In this document: positions 38,589-50,336 of the stretch, piece after piece | Layout: every line of letters starts with the position of its first letter | Numbering within the stretch: position 1 is the stretch's first letter | Origin: Hemiscyllium ocellatum | Lineage: Eukaryota | DNA: 64,000 nucleotides | Assembly (NCBI RefSeq): GCF_020745735.1 | Contig: NC_083413.1 | Coordinates: 79,546,001 to 79,610,000, forward strand | Reading direction: 5' to 3' | Notes under the pieces: model-generated | What the model was told of the DNA's origin: nothing | Database searches by the model: none | Seen by the model: the letters and a program-made list of their open reading frames with translations, nothing else | Position numbers and translations under genes: made by a program

Positions 38589-39700
38589 CATACACATAGA
38601 TCAGAAGGAACAAATTGGCAAGGGTAGCCTGCAGGCAGAGTTCATTGAATGTATTAGAGATTGTATTTTGGAGCAGTGTGTTGTGGAACCAACCAGAGAG
38701 TAGGCTACTCTGGATTTGGTGTTGTGTCATGAGGAGAGCTTAATTGATGACATAATAGTTAAGGATCCTCCAGGGAGTAGTGACCATAGTACAATAGAAC
38801 TCAAAATTTAGTTTGGGAGTGAGAAAGTGGAGTTCCACACTTGTGTTCTGGATTTAAACAGAAGAAATGACAAAGACATGAGAACAGATTTGACCCAAGT
38901 AGATTGGGCAGAAAGGCTAAAAGGCAAGACAGTGGATGAGCAGCGACAGTTGCTTAAGGAGTTACTCAATTCCACACAATTAAAATATATCCCACTGAGG
39001 AAGAAAGAAGGTCAAGGACAATATAAAATCAAAAACGAAGGTTTATCATTTTGCTAATGCCAGTAGCAGGTTGGAAGATTGGAACATTTGCAAACATAAA
39101 CAAAGGGATACTAAAAAAGTAATAAAAAGAGCACTGGTAAATTAAGAAAGAAAACTAGCACAAAATATCAAAAAGGATAGCAAAAGCTTCTATAGGTATA
39201 AAAAGGAAGAGAGAGTCACTGAGGTGAATGTTGGCCCCTTGGAAGATAAAACCGGAACACTGAAATGGCAGAGATGTTCAATCAATATTTGTCTCAGTTT
39301 TCATGGTGGAGGACAATAGTATCATTCCTATTGGAACTGGCAAGTCAGAGGAAATAGAAAGGGTAGAACTTAGTATATTGCCCCTATTGATGTTGATTGC
39401 TCGCAGTAAAATATTAGAATTAAGGGCAGACAAGTCCCCCGGGCTTGATGGCCTATATCCTAGGGCATTAAAGGAAGTACCAATGGACATAACAGATCCA
39501 CTGGTTACACTATTCCAAGATTCCTAGGAATGTTCCAATGGATTGGAAAAATGCTAATATAACGTCCTTATTCAAAAAGATGGAAGGGCAAATCATGCTT
39601 GACTAATTTGCTAGAGTTCTTTGAAGATGTAACAAGCAAAGTGGAAAATGGTATCCTGTAAATGCATTATATCTGAATTTCCGGAAGAAGTTTGATAAAA

Positions 39701-39992
39701 TTAGATTAGATTAGATTCCCTACAGTGTGGAGACAGGCCCTTCGGCCCAACCAGTGCACACCAACCCTCCAAAGAGTAATTCACCCCCCCTCCAACTAAT
39801 ACAGCTAACACAATAAGCAATTTAGCATGGCCAATTCACTTGACCCGCACATCTTTGGACTGTGGGAGGAAACCCACGCAGCCACACGGAGAATGTGCAA
39901 ACTCCACACAGACAGTCACCCGAGGTTGGAATCAAGCCTGGGACCTGGTGCTGTGAGGCAGCAGTACTAACCATTGAGTCACCGTGCTGCCC
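39701..39992 (-). mobile_element. Older HE1-type V-SINE
   Basis: (ttaga)3 tail, V-domain and tRNA head on the minus strand; inserted within the CR1 RT FDKVPH motif. Confidence 0.88.
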
Positions 39993-41999
39993 TAAAGGTG
40001 CCACACAAAAGGTTAATTCACAAGGTTAGATCATGTGGGATTAGGGGCAATTTATTAGCTTGGATAGGTGATTGGCTGATGAACATAAGATACTGTCAGG
40101 ATAATTTATTTTGTCTGGATAGCAAAAAGTAACTACTGGGGTGGCACAGGGTTCAGTCTTTGCGACCCAGCTATTCATAAGCTACACTAATAACTTGGAT
40201 ACAGGAATAGTAGAGGAGATTGATCCTAGAGACAAGGTATTTGTCGTATGAAGAGTGACTAAACAGTTTAGAACTATACTTTCTGGAATTTAAAAGATTG
40301 GGGGAGAATCAAATAAGGTATTCAAGATGATAAAGGGTGTGGATAAAATAGATGTGGAGTGGATCCTTCCTCTTGTGGGGCATTCTAGTACGAGAGGTCA
40401 TTGCTTTAGGATAAAGGGTAGCAAATTTAAAAGAGTTGAGGAGAAACTATTACTCTCACAGGATTGTGAATCTGTGCAATTCCCTACCCCAAAGTACGGT
40501 GGATGTTGGAACAGTGAGTATATTTAAGGAGGTGTTAGACAGATTTTTAATTGGCATTAAGTTGAAGGGTTATGGGGAGAAGGTAGGAAAATGGGGGTGA
40601 AAACACTTCAGCCATGATTGAATGGCAAAGCAGACTCAATGGGCCAAATGGCCTAATTCTGCTCCTATATCTTATGAATTTATGTACTACAGGACATGCC
40701 AGGGCAATTTTCCATGTTGTCATGTAGATGCCAATATTGTAACAGCGTTGGAAGAGCGTGGCCAGGAAAATGGCAAATTCTGGGGTACAAGTCTTTAGTC
40801 TATTGCCAGAATGTTGTCAGGGCCCACTGTCTTTGCAGTATCCAGCATCTCCAACCATTTCTTGGTATCTCATTGAGTGAACACTGGTATCTGTAGTGCT
40901 GGAAGCCAATGGAGTTTAAGTATATATGGTGCAGGGCACTCATTGAATAATTAATTGTGCACATCTTTTTTAAAAACAATTGTTTAAAATGAAACATTTC
41001 ATACATTTTGAGGCTGCTTTCTTTGGCCACCTGGTAAAGAGGGGGGAAAGAGGCTAATCGAAGGGTCTGGTTGCCAGGCTGGTCCAGGTTCTGGCCAAAG
41101 TGGCTCTAAACAGGTCCAGGAAACAGGCAATCGAGGGGGATCATTTTTCCTCAGTGCCTGCCCTCTTCAGAGCTTAAGTCTGTACCTGAGTGTGTTTGGA
41201 GAGAAAGCAAGCAATGTCCATACGTACGTGTGAAATCTACAACAACCTGTGTTCACCCTGCAAGCTGGAGTGCATTAACTACGTCCAAAATAATATTTTA
41301 ATTTAACTTGATAAATTTCTTTCCATGTTTTGTCATTTGTTACAGCGCTTAGTTAAAGAATAGTTTAGGAATTAGTTTTTATTTTAAATTATTTCAAAAG
41401 CAGTGTGTTAAAAACATGTACAAAAAGACACTTCCATTGGTTAACTGCTTAATCAAAGAAGAGAAACACTTATTGATACTGGTGCTGGCATGAAGAGGTA
41501 AGAACAATACAAGTTACCCCAACTACAAAAAGGTAGGCAGAGCTGTTTGCAGCAATACTGCTGTTTGTAAACAGTTAGTTTCAAAACCAGTGCCTGGACT
41601 TTACTGAAACTTGGTGCATCGATACAGTATGGTCCATGCAAAAAAATAAATTTTTTGCAAAAAAAGCAGATTCAGCTTTTTTTAGAAGGATATATTGATA
41701 TTGGGAGATAAGGTAAATTGACTTCTGGTTTAAGACTGTGCCACATAGTTGTAGAATGGCAAATTAACATGGCATGGAAAATGTATATATTCAACTGAGC
41801 TCTCTCTTCACTTTTTTGCAATGTCTAATTTTATCAATAAAACTCAATCTAAGAAAAGATTGACTTCTGGCTTCCTCCTTCAATCGGTTACAAGTTATGA
41901 AATGCTGCTTGTTATATCTAAAGGACTGGACTACAAGGGGCTAGAAGTTACGCTTTAGTTCTACCAGGCCATGATTAAACCAACACACGTGAACAGTTC

Positions 42000-42830
42000 T
42001 CTTCAACAAAGAACCCCACTTTAACCTGGTTGACAGAAACCTCACCTCTGGCCACCCCAATTTCCAAATCTTCATTCTCAATTTATCTTCCCTGAGAAAG
42101 ATATGATAAAGTTGTTCTTGTTCTAACCCTTCTTCCCAACAGCCTGCACAGTTGATAGTCATCCACCATCACTTTCATCAAGTGTGCTGTCCCAACCAAG
42201 CACACCTTTCCTTCCATTTTCAGAATTCTAAAAACCATTCCCTTTGACACCCAAGTTAAGTCTTCCCATCACCTTATTCCAGTCCTCTAGCACATTCCAA
42301 AGCCAGAGCTTTCTGGTGCAATTCCACAATCTACAGCCAAATATACTTTCCAAATGAAACAATGATTTACTTGTTCTTATTTCAATTTAAAATATTTATT
42401 TTCTTCATGATATTGCCTCCCTTAGATGGGAGGAGCACTTTGCTGAACAAGTTAGCTCAGTCTACAGAGGTATTCTACACTTTCAGTAGTCTGTTATTTT
42501 AATTCTGCACCACACTCTTGATACCTCATTTCCTGGTCTCCTGTACTGAAGCTCATCAGAAGCTGAAAGAACAATTATCTTTCCAAGATTTTACAGCCTT
42601 TGACTTCAATATCAAGTTCACCATTTTCAGATCACAACCTCTGATCATTCTGATCATCAGGTTCCCTGTTAATGTTTCTGTGCATTGCATTCGTATTGTC
42701 TTTCAGGCCGTCACAGAGATTTTCTTATTTCTCTTCCCTTGTCCCTGCACGTGCTTAAAACTTGTCACAGCCTGTTATCCAATTCTGACAAAAGGGTCAG
42801 ATATTTCTTTCTCCACAGACACTGCTCAAC
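42000..42830 (+). mobile_element. Highly degenerate Penelope-like element (GIY-YIG region plus 3' tail)
   Basis: Remnants of F...QKLKEQL.F..LQP..FNI.F; tail ttctgacaaaagggtc...ttctttctccacagacactgc. Confidence 0.5.
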
Positions 42831-44220
42831 ATAAACCAGGACTGTATTCCTCAAAATTTAGATTGAAACCTTTAATCAGATCACCCTTTAACTGTGGGTA
42901 ACTGATAACATAGCTGGAGAAACTGTGGGTCACAGACAAACATTTGGGCGATACCTTTCAGGATTGAAACTAGGAAGTGCGTTTACAAAGTGTGGAACTC
43001 TAGCAAATAGTAAATGATCTGCTGGTTTAAAACTAGAGACTGACAGATTAGGTTACCCAAAGGTATTAGACAATAGCAAAGGTGGGCCATATGCTGTCAG
43101 GTCACTAATCAGCCACCGAATGGCAAAACAGATTCCAGGAACTAAGTGGATTCTTTCCCTTCCTATTCTTTGCCTTTTTATTCCAAAATGTACTGACTTC
43201 CCATTTCCACATTAACGTAGAACAGTTATCCATTTTATATTTCCATAAAATTTACTTTTCAGTGGTCTTTTATAGTCTACCTCAATGTCAGCCAAATTCC
43301 CTCCTTTGCCGTCATCAGCAGATTTTGAGATTGCATTCCCGATCACCAGTCCAAATCTTCAATACTGGCAACCAAAAATATTAAAAAGAGGACCAGTTTG
43401 AATCCAAGTTAAATTACTTCAAACTTTCCCAGTCTAAGCAATAATATCCATTTTTTTATATCATAAGCTCTACAGTCATTAATCTGACTTTCCAATTGTG
43501 TTTTACATATTTTGTGCATTGACATCAATCTCATGAAATTGCAATTTCTTGGACAGTTGAATGGGACCCTTTTTCTTGATTTTCTAGCTTAATGGTTTGC
43601 TAATCATTTCCGCTTTTGATCAAATGGAACTGGGAAACGAGTGATGATTATGTGTTAATTAAGGGATAATTGGCTAAGAACTGGATGTACCTTTGAGGAA
43701 GAAGGTAGGGTTTTGTGATCTGTAAGTTGAAATAAAATGGATAGAAAAGTATATGCCTGGACTCTGCAGAACCAACCTCTTCCAATCCATTCCTCAAGCA
43801 TACAGAAGCATTGCTCCACTTTTCTGCAAGTAAAATGCATTCAGTACATGGAGGATCTGAGATGGTTAACATCACATGGGTTCACAGCACTGTCATGACT
43901 TTCTTAAAGAAATAACAACAGCAGTTGCCTGAACTACTACTACAATCCAACTCAGATGCTGATGTTGGGTGGCTGAAACATCCTGTCCAACAGCATCTCA
44001 TGTGCAAACACTCAGTGGCTGACCACCATGCTTTTTTGGTCTTTATCAGGTCAGTTCATATACTGCAGGCAGGCATACAAACAAAGATGCCAGATGACAG
44101 TGCATGAAACCTCTTTCTCAATCGATCAATAAACAGCAAGTGCCCCATATAGCTCAAGTATTGGGCAACTAATATTAAATAAATTAAAATCCATTTAATA
44201 GCACACTAAAATGAATAAGT

Positions 44221-47200
44221 GGACTTGGCAAGATAGTGTCGATTCTGTAGAACTGCTGTGGACAGCTCTGCCTAACAGCCAAGGCATACTGGGGTTTTGT
44301 GTCATCCCTGGCCAACTTACGTGGTGGAATTATTAGTTTAAAACTTTACAGAACACATATTTGTTAATATTTGGGAGTGGGAAGGATGCCGAAGGGAAAA
44401 GGAGCGAGCAAACAGCAGCAGAGAGGATACTCCCCTGCAGCACCTACCACACTAGAGACAGCAGCAACAGCAGCAGCCTCTCCTGACCCCCCCCCGGGGA
44501 CCTGACAAACTCACAGGATGGGGCTGCGGCCATGGAGAGACTTACCTTGAAAATTGGGGCTGCAATTCAGGAGATCCATGGGGAGATTCGTGCCCAGGTC
44601 CAACCTATCGCATCCATGCTGCAGAAGCATGAGCAGGAGATCCAGGGCCTTGGGGAGAGACTGGAGGAGGTAGAGGGTCGAACTAAGGGCTCAGAAGCTG
44701 TGATGGAGACTTCATCCAGTCGGACCCAGGTGCTGGAGCGAGAGGTGCAGGCCATGCGATACCTATTGATGACCTCGAAAATAGAGGTTGGAGGATAAAT
44801 CTCCGAATTGTCGGGCTCCCTGAAGGTGAGCAGCCAGTCAGCTTCTTTGAAAGCTGGCTGCCGAAGCTTTTGGGCCTTCACATCGAGTCCAGCAGGCTTC
44901 AGATTGAAAGGGCTTATCGGGTTACAGTGCACAGGTCAGGGCCGATGCAGCACCCCCGCTCAGTCCTAGTGCACTTCCATTCATATAAGGACAAGCAAAA
45001 AGTCATAGAAACCTCCAGATCCCTGGGAAAAGATCCGCAGGCATCGCTTTATGACGGGTCAAAAATAATGTTTTTCCAGGATTTCTCTGCAGCTGTAATT
45101 CGAAAGAAGAAGTCCTTCGATGAAGTTAAAGAGAGGCTGAGGAACCTGGGCATCCAGTACTCCATGACATACCCCGCAGGGCTACATTTCAGCCACGCGG
45201 ACTCAGTTTATGCATTTGACTCAGTGGATAAAGCTAAGAACTTTCTGGACACTTTAAAATACACGGACTGGCCTGAAGAATACGGTTAACGTTTGTTCTC
45301 TTTTCTATCTTTCTCCATGTTTTCCCTTCCTTTTTTTATTCCTTTCTTTCTCCCTAATAATTTCCTTTTTGGAAAGGAGGGAAAAGACTTTGGAATAAGT
45401 TGTTCCTATTTTTTTAATAACTGAACTTTCTGATGGGAAATTTTGTGGATGTTGTTTGTTGTTTCTCACCCTTTTTTTATTTGTTCTGCTCCTCTTTTAG
45501 TCACAAGTAGGAAGACATGAAACCAGGGATGGGTGGAGTGCTCATCCTGACTTTGTCTTTTTTTCTGTTGATTTAAGGATCATCTCCTTGTTTGCTAAGG
45601 CTGGCATATTGTCCGGGTTTGAAGGAGCTGTGAAGGGGGGATGAGTAGAGTGAGTGCCCCCTATGGGCAGAGGGAATAGTCTTCCATTCAAGGTTTTATA
45701 GTTGGTTTTCTTTGTAGTTTTTTGGTAGTAATAGTTGTTTCTAGTTATGACAGAGAAGTTTTTGTACATATAGTTTTTTGATTCTATGAGTCTTTATTAA
45801 CTTATGCGCGGCGCTTTGTAAGCGGGGCTCTCCCACCGAGGGATTCAAGGGTGTCTGAAAGGGTTTTGTAGCTAAGCGTCTTATTAAATGGTGCACCTGG
45901 AACATTAAGGGAAGTCATTTGCCTGTTAAAAAGGAAAAAGTGCTTTCTAGCTTTAAGAGGGAAACGGTCGATATCGTTTTGTTGCAAGAAACCCATCTTG
46001 ATAATGGGGAACACCTGAAATTACAACAGGGGGGTTATGACAGGATATTCTTCTCATCCTTTACTACTAAAAGTAGGGGAGTGGCGGTACTTAACCAGAA
46101 AAATCTTCCATTCACATTATTAGAACAGGTGAAAGATGAGCAAGGACGGTTTGTGATACTTAAAGCCCTGATATGTGTGGAGGAATATGGCATTTTAAAT
46201 GTCTACAGTCCTCCGGCGCATCCCCTCAAAGTTTTGATTAGTGCTTTCGGAACATGGCACATTATTATGGGGGGGCGGGGGTGGGATTTTAATTGTCTTT
46301 TGGATCCGACAGTGGACAGGATGTCTTGTGGGCCCCCAACTATTTCTTCGCAGGCCAAGCAGGTGGTTGACTTATGCAAGGAATTGGGGCTGATGGATAT
46401 TTGGAGATGTCTTCACTCTACCGCAGGGACTTCACCTTTTTTTCAAACCCACATAAATGTCACACGAGGATTGACCTCTTCTGGCTCCTAGGAGAAAGTG
46501 AGGACTGTAGATGCTGGAGATCAGAGCTGAAAATGTGTTGCTGGAAAAGCGCAGCAGGTCAGGCAGCATCCAAGGAGCAGGAGGATCGACGTTTCGGGCA
46601 TGAGCTCTGCTTCAGGATTCCTGAAGAAGGGCTCATGCCCGAAACGTCAATTCTCCTGCTCCTTGGATGCTGCCTGACCTGCTGCGCTTTTCCAGCAACA
46701 CATTTTCAGCTCTTTCTGGCTCCCTCAGCTCTTCTGGATTCGATTATGTAAAATTGGGAATATAGCTATCTCTGATCACTCGGCAGCGGCTAGGTTTGCG
46801 GCACTGGCACTTGGACCCTTTTCTCCTTAAGGATTCCAAATTTATGGAATACTTTTTGAAGGAGTTTCAGGAATTCTTGACTATCAACTCAGGCATGGTT
46901 AGTAGTCTGTCTATGCTATGGGAGACTGCTAAGACCTTTGCTAGGGGTTTAGTTATTTCCTATTCGGCTTGCCGGAAACGACAGAAGGAGGAACAGCAGC
47001 GTCTACTTGAGACGCAGTTGAAAGCTGTGGAGGCAGCACATTTTGTGTGATGCTTGGTGACTAAGCTACAGCAGATCACGGCCCTTCGGACTGCCTTGAA
47101 TTCAATACTGACACAAACCGCAAAGAACAAACTTGTTTTTGCACGACAAAGGCTGTTCGAATATGGGGATAGGCCAGGGAAGTATTTAGAGTATCTGACT

Positions 47201-50147
47201 AGGAAAAAGCATGCTCCCCAATCCATTACTGTAACCAGAGACAGCGCTGGAGTCCTTACATACAATGCTAAAAGGATTAGTAAGGCTTTTCAGAGCTTTT
47301 ACTCTGAATTTTATCGGTCTGAAGGTTGCAAAGACAGGAGGGCAAAAATGGAGACCTTTTTCAAGAACCTGGACCTCCCAGCAGTAACCTCAGAACAGGC
47401 CTCTCTCCTTAATGCCCCCTTGACAGTTCAGGAAATACAGGAGGCAGCTAGGCAACTTCAGAGTGGGAAAGCGCCTGGCCCTGATGGTCTTCTGGGTGAG
47501 TTTGATAAGGGGTTATAGAGATTCTGTCAAGGGCAATGTTGGAGATGTACAATCACTCCTACATGCATGAATGCCTACCACCATCTTTGAGAAAAGCTAA
47601 TATTTCCTTAATTCTTAAGAAAGGGAATGTTCCTGAGGATTGTGCCTCATATAGGCCCATCTCTATTAAATTCAGATTTCAAGATGCTATCCAAGATCCT
47701 GGTGCTGAGATTGGAAAGGGTCTTGCCCCAAATTGTTAAAGAGGACCAGATAGGCTTTATAAGGGGCCGTAGGTCCTCTAATAATATTAGAAAGTTGCTG
47801 AATGTGGTCCAAGTTTGTCAGCAATGATTCCTTAGATGCAGAGAAAGCATTTGACCGGGTGGAATGGCCGTATCTTTTTTTTTGTGTCTTTGAACAGTTT
47901 GGGTTGGGTGGAGTCTTTGTTAGGTGTGTGGAGGTTTTATATCCCCACCCTCAGGCCACGGTCATCACCAACTGGGTGAAGCGTGTAAATTTTAGGATTG
48001 GTCGGGGTAGTCGGCAAGGCTGCCCCTCTCACCGTTGTTGTTTACATTGGTGATAGAACCGCTGGCAGAGGCCATCCGTCAGAACATCCACATAACCGCT
48101 CCAGATGTGGGATCAATGACACACAAGACTACACTATGCGGATGATGTTCTCCTGTTTTTAATTGAACCCGATGACCTCTGTACCTCATTTGATACAATG
48201 TATCAATTGATTTGGGGCTATTTCAGGATATAAGATTAACTTTGCAAAATCGGAGGCTATGCCTTTGGGGAACCTTAAGGATGTGCCAGAAGTTGAAGGT
48301 GGCCCTAAGTTCCCTTTTAAGTGGTCATGGGCAGGGTTCCAATACCTAGGCATTTTTATTGCCCCCAAGTTTGATCTGTTATTTTGGACTAACTTTGCTC
48401 ACTTGCTCAACAATATTGACGAGATCTCCAGAGATGGGAGGCTCTTCCAATTTCATGGCTGGACTGAATATCTCTCATTAAGATGAATGTTCTTCCTCGT
48501 TTGCTTTATACCATGCGTATGCTCCCTATAATGTTTCCCAGGTCAACGCTGTGGAAGCTTATGGGGTAATTTGGTTCCTTTGTCTGGCATCGTGGGTGGC
48601 CCCTCATCAAACTTATTAAATTGCAGTTGCCTCAAGGAGGGGGAGGAGTTGATTTCCCAGACATCAGGAGGTATCAATTGAGTTCCCTGCTGTCCTTTGT
48701 CTGCGATTGGGTAGGTAACGATTCAAACTCAATATTGCTGGATATTGAGGCCTCCCAAGCAAAGTGCCCTCTTATTAACCTATTGTTCATGGATAAGATG
48801 AGGACAGTTATGGACCGGAACCCCATTGTCATTAGTACAGTCAAGGCATGGAGGGTGATGCATCAGAGTGAGGGTTGTTTATCCAAGACTTCACCACTTA
48901 CATCTAGTTGGCATGCCCGGGTTCCGACCAGGGATGATGGACTCAGGGTTCAAACTATGGGCAACAAGAGGAGTTTCCTGTTTGGGAAACCTGTTTGAGG
49001 AGGAGGTTATGATGTCTTTTGAGCAACTGAGCTGCAAATACAGGTTACCCAGCAGAGATCTTTTCCTTTTTTTCAGGTTAGGGATTTCATCCAGAAGACG
49101 ACTATGCTTCTCACCAAGCCCTATAAGCCTGATACAGAGGTTGTTGCTCCGCTCCACAAGCATCCTTTTGGTTAGTGCCCTCTATCGCTTGCTGGGTGGC
49201 AGGGCCTGGCAGGATATTAACCGGTTATGAGAGGTCTGGGAGTAAGAGCTAGGAGTGGAGATCTCTTCTGAAACATGGGAGAATACTCTGAAATAGGACA
49301 TGCACTATGCAGTGAAAAGTTCTGCACAGGGCTCATCTGGCAGCAGACCGTCTGGCAAAGTTTAAAAAAGGGGCATCTTCAGTGTGCCCAAATGTAAACT
49401 AAGTGGAGGTACTCTTACCCATTGCTTCTGGACATGCCACTGGCTCCGTGTTTATTGGAGCGCTGTAGCAGGAGAGATAGGGAGGGTATTGAGGACTGAA
49501 GTCAAAATGGACCCGATATCTCTCCTCTTAGGTCTACCAAATTTACCATCTTTAGACGGGCATGAGAAGAAACTATTTAATATTCTTGCATACTGTGCAC
49601 GGAAGAATATTCTGATGAACTGGGTGTCTGAGAACCCACCGGGCTTGCTAGGATGGCAGAAATTAATTATGGAGCACATTCCCTTGGACTTTTTTACAAA
49701 CATGGTGCACTGCACAACAGACCATTTTTATAAGACATGGCAGCCCTACTTGAGTTATTTGGAAATAGATTTGTCAGTTGTCTTAACTAGGGTGTTTGTT
49801 TAACCAGGATGGTTAGATTTATCAAGCCCTCGGCCCCGGAGGAGGTCTCCTGAGTTAATAAGGGTATACATACAATGCTCCCGTTCCTTTGTTTGGGAGT
49901 TTTGCGCCAGGCATAGCTGCTCTGTATTTTGTGGGTTTTTTTTGTTTTTGTTTGGTGTTGCTTTGCACAGTATTAGGGTTTGTTTTATATGAGAGGGTAG
50001 GTTAATAGTCAGGATACAGTAGTATTGTAATTTGTGTTTTTTTTTCTTTTTATTATACTGATAATAGTTATTGATTGTATTTTTCAATAATTTTATATGT
50101 TTGTAAAGTTAAAAAAAATTTGCTAATAAATATATTTACAAAAAAAA
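44221..50147 (+). mobile_element. Full-length L1-clade LINE (disabled), antisense to UBXN7
   Basis: ORF1 44386-45289 (IERAYR, IMFFQDFSAAV); T-rich spacer; ORF2 ~45870-49803 with endonuclease (WNIKG, LQETH, DFN, SDH), RT (KAPGPDG, DAEKAFDRVEW, GSRQGCP, YADD at ~48135) and C-terminal CPKC...HCFWTC; AATAAA at 50125; A-tail; TSD aaaatgaat(a/g)agt at 44208-44220 and 50144-50156. Confidence 0.95.
46489..46713. mobile_element. Palindromic Penelope derivative with two head-to-head hammerhead motifs, inserted in the L1 endonuclease region
   Basis: About 95-bp inverted arms (46523-46617 and 46619-46713); plus-strand motif CTGAAGA-a-gggctcatgccc-GAAA-CGTC at 46621-46648; TSD ttctggctcc at 46479-46488 and 46714-46723. 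Confidence 0.85.
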
Positions 50148-50336
50148 TGAATGAGTGATTATTTAAAAAGCTTTCTGCCGATCTTCACCCTGCTGGACCA
50201 AGTGATGCAATCCATTATTGGAAGTTATCTTTCATGTGAATCCTGAACCTGAGGCCATCGTCTGCCTGTTCAAGTGGACATAACTTCTAATGACAACACA
50301 GAGTCCTATACTACTGCATTAATAGCCCATGCGATA

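Larger units (their letters stand above)
38056..40685 (+). mobile_element. Degenerate CR1 LINE with internal deletions, interrupted by two SINEs
   Basis: Endonuclease motifs GDFN (~38255) and SDH (~38780); ORF 39303..39527 has KSPGLDGLYPR; 3' tail ...gctcctatatcttatgaatttatg. Confidence 0.85.

Noticed and set aside
43690-43825. Acceptor-like sites on the minus strand (ttttacttgcag, ttcaacttacag) as extra UBXN7 exons
   Set aside because: No UBXN7 homology; donors are weak; exons 2 and 3 already join in frame.
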